From positions 1-43,739 of the forward strand of contig MHCB01000006.1 in NCBI GenBank assembly GCA_001816455.1: a stretch of DNA of 43,739 bases. The letters run 5' to 3'. Of this stretch, positions 18,238-26,407 are shown piece after piece; within the stretch, counting starts at the first letter, position 1, and every line of letters begins with the position of its first letter. The position numbers and the translations under genes are program-made. The notes under the pieces are model-generated. The model was not told the DNA's origin. It worked only from the letters and a program-made list of their open reading frames with translations, and did not search any database. This stretch comes from Candidatus Blackburnbacteria bacterium RIFCSPHIGHO2_12_FULL_44_25. Its GTDB lineage: Bacteria > Patescibacteriota > Microgenomatia > UBA8517 > UBA10165.

Positions 18238-18729
18238 TCAAGGGTTTGAGGCTACTGGAACGTAGGATATAGAAACAATCTTGTATACTCCCCCGTCGGC
18301 CTGAAGAGTGATAGTCGCCTTCTGATCTAATTTAATTGCGCTTAGCCCTGTTGAGGTGTTAGGGGGCTTGGTTAGGCTTCGAAACGTATAAATTTGGACA
18401 TTTGGTGCTGCTTCGAAACTATCTGTTTGCCCCTGATCGTCTCGCATGGTAAGTGTATTGTCTTTAACTCTTGTTACAAATCCATTTATTGTTGCTGTTT
18501 GTCCGATGAAGAGTGGGCTAGTTTTGAGGCATGCCAGTTCAGTGCCGGCCGTTTTTTGTCTTGGCAACCATCCAAGCACTTCGGGGAACATCTTTGAGAG
18601 ACTTAAGATATTGAAATAGTTTAAGACTGCGAGTGTGGCTAGAAAGAGGACGACGGTTCCGAATATGGCTGTAAGAATAAGAGGAAGATCAGAGGAGGGT
18701 TTTTGTTGAGGAAGGTTTGCCTGCTCCAT
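18238..18729 (-). CDS. Single-pass membrane protein with small beta-rich (OB/DUF5666-like) domain
   Basis: One TM helix, then INGFVTRVKDNTLTM...LSAIKLDQKATI. Its promoter and first codons are repeated at 22274 and 23112. Confidence 0.7.
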   Translation of the reverse strand: MEQANLPQQKPSSDLPLILTAIFGTVVLFLATLAVLNYFNILSLSKMFPEVLGWLPRQKTAGTELACLKTSPLFIGQTATINGFVTRVKDNTLTMRDDQGQTDSFEAAPNVQIYTFRSLTKPPNTSTGLSAIKLDQKATITLQADGGVYKIVSISYVPVASNP

Positions 18730-18767
18730 GCTTTAATACTAGAATTCACCCTCTTCTTTGTCAAATT
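18692..18767 (-). repeat. Promoter + N-terminus repeat, copy A (intact gene)
   Basis: TTGACA-17-TAGTAT-6-ATG, then MEQANLPQQKPSS. Confidence 0.85.
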
Positions 18768-18773
18768 GGAGTT

Positions 18774-19610
18774 TTATCTGCCCATTCGGGGGGTATAACT
18801 TAGGAAGTGGTTTATCGCTTCAATAAGAGCTTGGGGGGTTAATTCTGGAAACATTTCAGGTAGAAATTTAAATCTAGACTCTCCGGTTTGAAGAGGCATA
18901 AACCAGTTTGTGCGAGACAACTCATCTTCAGTTACCCCGGTTCTAATTACAAGGTCTGGAGATGCTTGTCCTGCTGTGTATAAGTAGTTTGCGATAATTG
19001 AAGGGTTTTTTATTAGCTCATTAGGCTCAAGATTTCCGTTGTTGATAGCTGAAGCAATTTTAATAATAGCCTGCGCGAGTTCTTCACGTCCTCCATAATT
19101 TATTGCTAGATTTATGGTATGTTTCGTGGCTTGTTTTGTCCATTCTTCTAGACTGGCTAGTGCGTCTGCTATGTCTGGCGGAATCCCAACTTTGCTTCCA
19201 ATATGTATCACACGTACATCGTCCTTTTTAAATTCTTCTAGCAAGGTTTGGTTTGTCAAATATGTTCTTGCAAGTTGGGTCATAAAGTTTATTTGAGCCT
19301 CTTCTCTTCCCCAATTTTCAGTTGACCAAAGCCAGTATGTACAGGTTGGAATACCCCAGACTCTGGCTGCTCTATCTATGGCAAGTACGGTTTCTACGCC
19401 TGCTAGGTGTGCCAGAAAAGGTGGTGCCACTCCTCGTTTTGTTGCAGCACGTCTGTTGCCGTCACAAATAACTGCCAGATGCCTTAGTGTATCTGGGTTT
19501 ATCCTTATCTCCGGAACAGATGTCCATCGACTATGTATTTCCGTCAGCCACTGGTCGACAGCCGAAATATGTTCTGTGTTTATTGAGCCTTTTAACTCTG
19601 GGGGGTACAT
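18774..19610 (-). CDS. cis-prenyltransferase (UppS-like), divergent
   Basis: HLAVICDGNRR, WSTENWGR, LAINYGGREE, PDLVIRTG; the C-terminal motif is divergent (RTNWFMPLQ). Confidence 0.88.
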   Translation of the reverse strand: MYPPELKGSINTEHISAVDQWLTEIHSRWTSVPEIRINPDTLRHLAVICDGNRRAATKRGVAPPFLAHLAGVETVLAIDRAARVWGIPTCTYWLWSTENWGREEAQINFMTQLARTYLTNQTLLEEFKKDDVRVIHIGSKVGIPPDIADALASLEEWTKQATKHTINLAINYGGREELAQAIIKIASAINNGNLEPNELIKNPSIIANYLYTAGQASPDLVIRTGVTEDELSRTNWFMPLQTGESRFKFLPEMFPELTPQALIEAINHFLSYTPRMGR

Positions 19611-19616
19611 TTTAGG

Positions 19617-20186
19617 TTAAAATTTTCTTTCTCTGCTTGAGGTTGGTGCCAACTCTGATTCAAGTTTTCTTGTTAAGAGTGCTATTGTGTGGTCGAGCGG
19701 GCCGTTGTTTTCTATATGAAAATGGGCCTTGGTTATCAATTCCATCATTCCTGCTGCAAGTTTTAGTCCATCAATAAATTCCATCTCTTTTGTTGCCTGT
19801 TCTGCGGGCGTGCCTTCCCGATCTGTAACTCTTTGTCGTCTATTTGCTTCGGTTGTGTGAATGTGGATTACAAAAACTCTGCTCTCTGGAAAAGCGGTTT
19901 CAAGATGGGTTAGAAAGTTGGGGTCGTAACAACCGTCTATTATAAAGCCTGGTTGGGCAACTTGTTCTTGGATAAGCTCAACTGTTCTTTGAGCTGCTCG
20001 GTCCCTTACACCAGAGGTCCCGATAGTTTCCATCCAATCTCGTGTTCTTTGATACCCTGCTTGTTTTGTAAGCTCTGCGGTGATTTTTCTTTCTTCAATA
20101 ACTGACAGTTTTAGTGCCTGACTGATTGCCTTAGTGATAGTTGACTTGCCAGCCCCAGAAAAGCCAGTGAAGATAAATAAGATCAT
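19617..20186 (-). CDS. P-loop kinase, NMP/dephospho-CoA kinase-like
   Basis: Walker A GFSGAGKST, FIIDG, lid RRQRVTDR, IENNG. Confidence 0.78.
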   Translation of the reverse strand: MILFIFTGFSGAGKSTITKAISQALKLSVIEERKITAELTKQAGYQRTRDWMETIGTSGVRDRAAQRTVELIQEQVAQPGFIIDGCYDPNFLTHLETAFPESRVFVIHIHTTEANRRQRVTDREGTPAEQATKEMEFIDGLKLAAGMMELITKAHFHIENNGPLDHTIALLTRKLESELAPTSSRERKF

Positions 20187-20638
20187 TAAGGAATTGCTGG
20201 TAGGGACTTAACAAGCTCTTTGGTTCCGGGGACGAGATTTTTTATTCTTCCTAGATCTTTAAGTTTTATCCATTTATATTCATTGTGTTCTGACGATAAG
20301 GTAATCTTGCCAATTAGTTTAGAAGTTATTATTATTCTTAGGAGATGGAATTTCTTTCCTGCAAACGGGTAGATTAATGAGAGTGCATGTACAATCTTGG
20401 GCCTTGATGGTTTACAGCCAAGCTCTTCTGTTATTTCCCTTTTGAATGTCTCCAGGGGTTGTTCGCCAAACTCTATTTTGCCTTCCGGTAGCTGCCAAAA
20501 GTCGGGGAATGTTTTACTGCTTGTGCTTCTGCGGACAACGAGTATCTCGTTCCTAGGCTTAATTATTACACCAGTTACTAAAACTATAAAATCTTTGAAA
20601 TGGGCTATTGCTGGTTTTTTTGTAGTTTTACTTGGCAT
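20186..20638 (-). CDS. NUDIX hydrolase
   Basis: WQLPEGKIEFGEQPLETFKREITEELG Nudix box; LSSEH..Y.W. Confidence 0.9.
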   Translation of the reverse strand: MPSKTTKKPAIAHFKDFIVLVTGVIIKPRNEILVVRRSTSSKTFPDFWQLPEGKIEFGEQPLETFKREITEELGCKPSRPKIVHALSLIYPFAGKKFHLLRIIITSKLIGKITLSSEHNEYKWIKLKDLGRIKNLVPGTKELVKSLPAIP

Positions 20639-21521
20639 TTTTCAGACTATTTTCTACCTGGTTTACCACATCTTCTACGTTTTTTAGGAGAGACTTTGTG
20701 AATTTCCACTCTTTATTAACACTGTGAGTTGCTGTTTTTATGTTTTTTCTTGCCTGGTTGATTGATTTTGTGAAAGGATTTCCTTCAAGCAATGGAAAGG
20801 AGTGGTAACCCGATTTCCTGTCCTCCTCGACCTCTATTATATCGTCTATCAATTGAAGGGCTAAGGCGTAATGAGTCGCGAACTTTGTGAGTTTCTTTCG
20901 CAGGTCGTTCCTTCCGCAAAATTCTAGTGCGGTATGAGAACCTATTTTAATAAGTTCCGCCCCATCTGCGACCCCTTTTTTATAGTCTAAGAAATTTTTA
21001 GGAGATTTTTTCCATAAAAGTTCAACTCTTTTTTGTTGTAAAAAATGATTTCTATTTACTATGTCTATTAGGATCTTGGCTATATTTTTGTACCCATTTT
21101 CGATAAGATTTTTGATAGCTTCCAGAGAAGCAATGTTGCCGGCGTATATCAATGCTGCAAGATCACTTTGATCGTTTGGTGTTTCATCCACAGCATCGTC
21201 ATGACTTGAGATTTGGAGAGAAATTGTGCCAATGCTGGATAGAATGGTCTCCGGGCATTTTTTTCCAAGGTCTAGGCATAGATAATCACAAACCGCTATC
21301 GGACCAATTGCGATTATTTTGCGATGCAGTGTATCGAATACTTGCGACAGATTCCTGTTCTTATATTTTCTCTTAAGAGCATGTTCTTGCCGGGTTAGTA
21401 TGTCTGTGTATTTTTTGATTCTATGGGGTATCAGGGGAATTAATAAGCCAGAGGAGTGGATCTTGGCAGATGGAATGTTGCCTACTTTATTCACTTGTCT
21501 GGGATAGTATACCAGACGCAC
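20628..21521 (-). CDS. Class I isoprenoid synthase-fold protein (polyprenyl synthetase / terpene synthase-like)
   Basis: Helical protein with HDDAVD (first Asp-rich motif) and LQLIDDIIEVEED (second); no RRG after the first motif. True start may be GTG 21494. Confidence 0.72.
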   Translation of the reverse strand: MRLVYYPRQVNKVGNIPSAKIHSSGLLIPLIPHRIKKYTDILTRQEHALKRKYKNRNLSQVFDTLHRKIIAIGPIAVCDYLCLDLGKKCPETILSSIGTISLQISSHDDAVDETPNDQSDLAALIYAGNIASLEAIKNLIENGYKNIAKILIDIVNRNHFLQQKRVELLWKKSPKNFLDYKKGVADGAELIKIGSHTALEFCGRNDLRKKLTKFATHYALALQLIDDIIEVEEDRKSGYHSFPLLEGNPFTKSINQARKNIKTATHSVNKEWKFTKSLLKNVEDVVNQVENSLKNAK

Positions 21522-21565
21522 TGCATGCCTGCTGCGTAGTTTGCGGCTTCTGGTTAACCAGACCG

Positions 21566-21588
21566 CACTTCCGATGTGTGATGTTTGT
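21566..21588 (+). repeat. Boundary hairpin repeat, 5'-truncated copy
   Basis: CACTTCCGATGTGTGATGTTTGT, identical to 30984-31006. Confidence 0.85.
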
Positions 21589-21623
21589 TGGGAGACGAAT
21601 TTCTAACTTAGTGAATAGGATGA

Positions 21624-21812
21624 GCCGTTTCAAGATTTGATAATATTCCACAAAAAAGGTTTAATTTAGTACTCACAGGAGCACAAGATTCTTACTTATC
21701 CTGGGCTGCATACAGCTACAAAAAGAATAAGACTGAGATAATACACGAATCACTTAACAAACAAATGGAAAAAGACCAAGTTTACAAGAAATACTTATCT
21801 AGACAGTCTTAA
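21624..21812 (+). pseudogene. Start-less gene remnant, ribbon-helix-helix-like
   Basis: Open frame AVSRFDNIPQKRFNLVLTGAQDSYLSWAAYSYKKNKTEIIHESL...* preceded by stops; it ends 3 nt before the NUDIX ATG. Confidence 0.45.
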
Positions 21813-21815
21813 TTT

Positions 21816-22271
21816 ATGGACGCATATGTAGGTGTAGTTCTAATTGACGCCAAAGAGCGTGTCTTTCTTATTAAGGAAGATGACAAGAATCATATCTCAA
21901 GGGGTAGATGGAATCTTCCTGGCGGCTCTGTTGACAGAAACGAATCTTTACCCGAAGCGGCACTTAGAGAAACAAAAGAGGAAACGGGCTGCGATGTAAG
22001 AATAACTTCTTTGCTGGGTGTTTATGAGTGTAAAAAGAGTGACAAGAATTGGCTTTATGTCGTATTCGAAGCAAGATTGGCTAAAGAGAGAAGGGGTAGA
22101 CCCGTAGATCCAGAAGTTAAAGAGGGTAAGTGGTTTACAAAAAATGAATTTCTACACCTGGACTCTTCTCAAATAGTTCACCCTGATATGCAACTTGTTT
22201 ATAACGTGGCTATCGGGGAACGTGGCTTGGATATAAACTGCGTAAAATATATTAATTACGACGACCAATAA
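21816..22271 (+). CDS. NUDIX hydrolase
   Basis: WNLPGGSVDRNESLPEAALRETKEETG canonical Nudix box. Confidence 0.92.
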   Translation: MDAYVGVVLIDAKERVFLIKEDDKNHISRGRWNLPGGSVDRNESLPEAALRETKEETGCDVRITSLLGVYECKKSDKNWLYVVFEARLAKERRGRPVDPEVKEGKWFTKNEFLHLDSSQIVHPDMQLVYNVAIGERGLDINCVKYINYDDQ

Positions 22272-22273
22272 GC

Positions 22274-22331
22274 TGGGGGAGGTTTGCCTGCTCCATACCT
22301 TATGTTAGAATCTCTATCTGTGTTTTGTCAA
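22274..22331 (-). repeat. Promoter + N-terminus repeat, copy B (stub MEQANLPQLIGRRN*)
   Basis: TTGACA-18-TAACAT-5-ATGGAGCAGGCAAACCTCCCCCA. Confidence 0.8.
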
Positions 22332-23017
22332 ACAATTTTTTCTTCGATTAGATGTTTGTTGTTCTCATAGTAATCTCTTATCCTTTCTATACCCGACCAC
22401 TCGGTTTCGCTGACATCTCTTTCCTCTTCACTTCTACTTTCATAATAGTAAACCTTGTCTATTGCATCTGACAGGGCACGGTTGAGATCGTGTTCCCACT
22501 CTGTCTCCATGTCCACAAACCTGTTGTGGCTATATAAATCAAAAGCTATGCCCTCTAAGTCACCTAGAGAAATTTTTCCGCCAAAAAAGTCTCTCAATAC
22601 CCTCAAGAATATATCTCTCGTTTTTTCCTCCCCAAGACCGTTCTTAGTAAAAGAGACCGTCTCTCGAAGGTATTCTAAAAATTTTTCTGATAAGGAAGTT
22701 TGATCTTTCATTTTTGAGTGTGGTGGGCAGCGGAGGCGATCACGATCCCTGTCGCCATGTAGCGACCCATGGGACCCAGACACCTCGCCAGTCCTGGAAT
22801 CGGTATCCCAGGAGAAGTGCCCACCGCCGTCAGACACTGACGTCGAATGATCTTTGCCCTTGCCGTCTTTGTCGAGGTCAACATGCCCGCGGTCCACATC
22901 ACCGAAATCAGAGCTATAGACATCTCCGCTTCGGTCGCCAGAGCTAGAGCCGTCGGAGTTGTCTGATCCGTTTGAGCCGTCTCGTTCTACCACTTGTGTG
23001 GCTCCTTCTACCAACAA
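22328..23017 (-). CDS. Hypothetical protein: D/G/S/H-rich N-half joined to an acidic helical C-half
   Basis: 229-aa ORF; possible start GTG 22993 after GGAG; internal Met at MKDQTS. Its TGA lies within the copy-B TTGACA. Confidence 0.5.
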   Translation of the reverse strand: MLVEGATQVVERDGSNGSDNSDGSSSGDRSGDVYSSDFGDVDRGHVDLDKDGKGKDHSTSVSDGGGHFSWDTDSRTGEVSGSHGSLHGDRDRDRLRCPPHSKMKDQTSLSEKFLEYLRETVSFTKNGLGEEKTRDIFLRVLRDFFGGKISLGDLEGIAFDLYSHNRFVDMETEWEHDLNRALSDAIDKVYYYESRSEEERDVSETEWSGIERIRDYYENNKHLIEEKIV

Positions 23018-23111
23018 ACTAGGGACATCAACGTTTCAGCGCACAAACAAATCTCGTTTGAGGCCACCTCCTTATTAAAGTACTGGTTAATTGTAGCAAG
23101 CGGGATCAACC

Positions 23112-23187
23112 GAGGAGGGTTTTTGTTGGGGAAGGTTTGCCTGCTCCATACTTTATATTAGAAGTGCGTGTTGTTCTTTGTCAAATT
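23112..23187 (-). repeat. Promoter + N-terminus repeat, copy C (stub MEQANLPQQKPSSVDPACYN*)
   Basis: 37/38 nt identical to 18692-18729, plus an identical TTCTTTGTCAAATT at the same 4420-nt offset; TTGACA-18-TAATAT-5-ATG. Confidence 0.88.
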
Positions 23188-23193
23188 CCCTGT

Positions 23194-23216
23194 ATCACAC
23201 TTCCGATGTGTGATGT
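23194..23216 (+). repeat. Boundary hairpin repeat
   Basis: ATCACAC-TTCCGAT-GTGTGAT-GT, identical to 30980-31002. Confidence 0.88.
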
Positions 23217-23300
23217 ATCCGTATAGTTCTGATGTACAGGCTGGACAATTTATGAGCAGAAAAAGTCCAATGCGGGCCTAATTTGTGATAATATTTGGTT

Positions 23301-23402
23301 ATGGAATATAAGAAAGACCCACACGGTAGACGGCTTATCGATCAAGGAGGGATTCGAGTCGAAAGGAAAGGATTTTTGGGGGAAATGGTAGTGTCTTGCT
23401 GA
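23301..23402 (+). CDS. Small ORF or truncated gene stub (33 aa)
   Basis: MEYKKDPHGRRLIDQGGIRVERKGFLGEMVVSC*, with GATAAT 8 nt upstream. Confidence 0.3.
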   Translation: MEYKKDPHGRRLIDQGGIRVERKGFLGEMVVSC

Positions 23403-23420
23403 GAGCGAGCAATAGGAGAC

Positions 23421-24281
23421 ATGTCAAAATTACAAAAGAAAGTAAATGGTGGTGACTCTAAACTTGAAACGTTAATTTCTTCTTACCCTGGTCTGTTAAC
23501 CTATAAGGGTTTTTTATCTGATTTATATGATTTTTCTACAGAATCTTCTTTTGTAAGAGGTTTTTGGGTTCATGGGTCTCGTATTACTGGCTTTTACCAT
23601 GAATTTTCTGATCTAGATATAGCCTTTGTCTTGGATAGTGACAAATCCAAGGGGAAAATAAAAAACTACCTGTCCGGTAAAATTCACTACGATCCAAGTT
23701 TTCCAGAATACTTTCTAGACACTTTATGTGAATATTGGGAATTAAATGGTATAGAGGTTGGTGTTCACATTTATACCCTCAAAGAGGTAGGTGCCAAATT
23801 GTGTAGTTTAAACAGCTCTGTTGAATTTTTTGAGCGAACTCAGGCTTTTGTGGAACATGTTTTTCTTGAATCTCTTTTTTTGGTAGATAAGGGTATGGTT
23901 TTGAAAAAGTTCAAGGATAAGGCTTATAATTACCCGGAGGATATTCGCACTGAAATAATTGAACTTTACAAAAAGAGATTGGAGCAAAAATTTGTTTGGT
24001 GGCAGAAGCGCCCTATATGGAAAAGTGTTTTTGAAGAAATTACAGATTTGAAACTGATAATCGATGAGATATCTAAGTTACATTATGCAATTAATCGTAG
24101 ATATTATGTTTATGCTTTGAAGAGTTATGCAAAAGACTTAGAGACTTTAAAGCCAAATATTAAAGATGCAGTGTTTAGTATTTGTACTATAAATCCACAG
24201 AGTTTTGAAGGAAAGGACAAAAGGAAACTAATTATGCAAGTGTTCAGTAAATTAATGCGATATTATGATGAGTATAAGTAA
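23421..24281 (+). CDS. Pol-beta-superfamily nucleotidyltransferase with helical C-terminal domain
   Basis: HGSRITG...SDLDI (GS...DxD motif); SD GGAG upstream. Confidence 0.75.
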   Translation: MSKLQKKVNGGDSKLETLISSYPGLLTYKGFLSDLYDFSTESSFVRGFWVHGSRITGFYHEFSDLDIAFVLDSDKSKGKIKNYLSGKIHYDPSFPEYFLDTLCEYWELNGIEVGVHIYTLKEVGAKLCSLNSSVEFFERTQAFVEHVFLESLFLVDKGMVLKKFKDKAYNYPEDIRTEIIELYKKRLEQKFVWWQKRPIWKSVFEEITDLKLIIDEISKLHYAINRRYYVYALKSYAKDLETLKPNIKDAVFSICTINPQSFEGKDKRKLIMQVFSKLMRYYDEYK

Positions 24282-24314
24282 AAAAGATTTTTAATGTAAA
24301 TTATTAGTTTGAAA

Positions 24315-25313
24315 ATGATTAAAATAGTTGACGTAACAATCCGCGATGGGGGTTATGAGAATAATTGGAATTTTTCGCTCAACTTCGTGGATTCTTTAAT
24401 AAGGGGTTTAGCCGAGGCTGGGATTGAATATATAGAAGTTGGGCATGGGTATGGGTTGGGGGGAGAAAGAGATTTTGGGGCTATGGCCCATACAGATAGA
24501 GAATATCTTGATTTAATAAACAAGATAAACATCAATGCCAAAATAGGAATGTTTGCAAATGTAAATATTTGCAAAGTTGATGATGTTAAACTGGCTGGAG
24601 AGTTTGGCCTTGACTTTTTAAGGGTTGGATTCATAGGATACAGAAGTCCCCATCCAATGTCGGGATTACCTCAGTTAGTTGGTGAGGCTAAAAGGCAAGG
24701 TATGTTTGTTTCAGTGAACATGGTGTTGTCAACTTTATATTCAGATAAAGATCTATTAGAAAATCTTAAATTCATTGAAGACCTGGGGTCAGATGTAATT
24801 TATTTGGTTGATAGTACGGGCGGTATGTTACCAAATGAGGTGACTAGAAAGATTGAACTCCTAAAAACTAATAGTAATATATTAGTGGGTTTCCATGGAC
24901 ATCAAAATTATGATTTGGCTGTGGCTAATTCACTGTCGGCTGTTAAAGCTGGTGCAGACTTTGTTGACGGAACACTGCTTGGTCTAGGTAGGGATCTTGG
25001 TAATGCTCAGCTTGAAATATTGATAAATGTACTTGAGGATTCTGGTTACAATCTGGAAATAGATTCCATGAAGCTTGTTGATCTAACCGATAGCGTGGTT
25101 TCATCTCTTTTTGAGAGGTCGCGAGGTGCACGGAAGCAAAATATATTGATGGCTAAATATGGAGTAATGAAACATTCCTTGGATCTTGCTTACAAAATTG
25201 CAGAAGAAAAGAAGGTGGATGTAAGAGAAGTGTTAGCCCTTATGAAAAACAAGAATATCCATTTTCCAACCTACGAGGAGGTTGTTGGTTATTTTGTTAG
25301 AGGAAACCGATGA
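24315..25313 (+). CDS. DRE-TIM aldolase, 4-hydroxy-2-oxovalerate aldolase (DmpG/NikB)-like
   Basis: DVTIRDGG, EVGHGYGLGG, YLVDSTG, GFHGHQN, GLGRDLGN. Confidence 0.85.
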   Translation: MIKIVDVTIRDGGYENNWNFSLNFVDSLIRGLAEAGIEYIEVGHGYGLGGERDFGAMAHTDREYLDLINKININAKIGMFANVNICKVDDVKLAGEFGLDFLRVGFIGYRSPHPMSGLPQLVGEAKRQGMFVSVNMVLSTLYSDKDLLENLKFIEDLGSDVIYLVDSTGGMLPNEVTRKIELLKTNSNILVGFHGHQNYDLAVANSLSAVKAGADFVDGTLLGLGRDLGNAQLEILINVLEDSGYNLEIDSMKLVDLTDSVVSSLFERSRGARKQNILMAKYGVMKHSLDLAYKIAEEKKVDVREVLALMKNKNIHFPTYEEVVGYFVRGNR

Positions 25314-26272
25314 AAGTTGTTGCTGTTGGAGGTTATATTTTTTTTAAGAAAGAGACTTATGCGAGACTTACAAAAGTTTCCGACTTCATGCATATTAAAG
25401 AGGAGCCTTCGGAAAAAGTTTTGGGGGACGCGGCCAAACAAGCTGATATTGTCGTAACTTACGGGAAAATCACCCCCTCGTTTATAAAAAAATATAGGCA
25501 CCTGAAAGCTATTATTGTATTGTCAACCGGAAAAGAAGACCTTGAAAGTGCAGAGATGTTAAATGCTGCTTCTGATTCGGATACTTTACTAATGTATACA
25601 CCGAAGTATTCAACGCAGTCTGTTGCTGAGTATACCTTAGCAGCACTGTTTTCCCTTCAAAGTAAAATATTGCTGGCTACAAGAGCCTCTTTTTTGGATC
25701 AGAGTTTTGGGGTGCTTGATTCTCAAAGGGTTTGTCTAACAAACAGTACAGTAGGAATTGTTGGTCTTGGACATATTGGTGCATATGTTGCAAACATATT
25801 GTCAAAACTAGACATAAACACTCTTGCATATACAAAGCACCCTGACGGCAAAAAACTTGATGATTATAGGGGATTTTTGACCTTTTCTCCCACTCTTGAG
25901 CATTTGTCATCTAACTCTAATTTTGTTGTGGTGACGTGCAGTTTAAACCCAGAAACTGTTGCTTTCCTCAATAAAACGTCCTTTTTTGATCATCTTAAAG
26001 CAGATGTTGGACTAATAAACACCGCTAGGGGAAGGATTTTCAATCCTGATGATTTATATAAATTTATTTCGGAAAAGAAGAAATCATGCCTTTTTGTAGA
26101 CGTTCTAGATTTCGATCTGGAAACTAACAACAAGCTGCGGCAGCTTCCCAATGTGTTTGTAACTCCACATATAGCTTTCAATAGTTTAGAAAGTCTTTAT
26201 AACTGCACAGATGTTGTTGTGGAAGACATTGGAAGTATATTAGCAGGCAAGCCTATTAACATTGTAAAATAG
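25310..26272 (+). CDS. D-isomer-specific 2-hydroxyacid dehydrogenase family
   Basis: SVAEY, GIVGLGHIG, INTARG, TPHIAF; ATGA overlap with the aldolase. Confidence 0.88.
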   Translation: MKVVAVGGYIFFKKETYARLTKVSDFMHIKEEPSEKVLGDAAKQADIVVTYGKITPSFIKKYRHLKAIIVLSTGKEDLESAEMLNAASDSDTLLMYTPKYSTQSVAEYTLAALFSLQSKILLATRASFLDQSFGVLDSQRVCLTNSTVGIVGLGHIGAYVANILSKLDINTLAYTKHPDGKKLDDYRGFLTFSPTLEHLSSNSNFVVVTCSLNPETVAFLNKTSFFDHLKADVGLINTARGRIFNPDDLYKFISEKKKSCLFVDVLDFDLETNNKLRQLPNVFVTPHIAFNSLESLYNCTDVVVEDIGSILAGKPINIVK

Positions 26273-26407
26273 ATGAGTGTCTTTGGTGGTCCGCCAAAAA
26301 TCCAGGTTGGGATGAGGCTTGATGTCAGGATTGAGTCGCTTCAACCGAATCGTCGGGACCCAACACGAAAGGATGTGAATCTTGAGTATGTTAGACATAT
26401 AAAATGA
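26273..26407 (+). CDS. Small 44-aa ORF, coupled at both ends
   Basis: MSVFGGPPKIQVGMRLDVRIESLQPNRRDPTRKDVNLEYVRHIK*; starts right after TAG 26272 and ends in an ATGA overlap. Confidence 0.35.
   Translation: MSVFGGPPKIQVGMRLDVRIESLQPNRRDPTRKDVNLEYVRHIK

Noticed and set aside
13786-18249. Several long antisense or alternate-frame ORFs (e.g. 13786-14268, 15230-15622, 17605-18249)
   Set aside because: They are shadows of the minus-strand genes in GC-richer sequence, with no motifs or start signals.
23194-23216. Hairpin as a parS or CRP site
   Set aside because: It does not match parS (TGTTTCACGTGAAACA), and its half-sites are in the opposite order and spacing to CRP (TGTGA-N6-TCACA).
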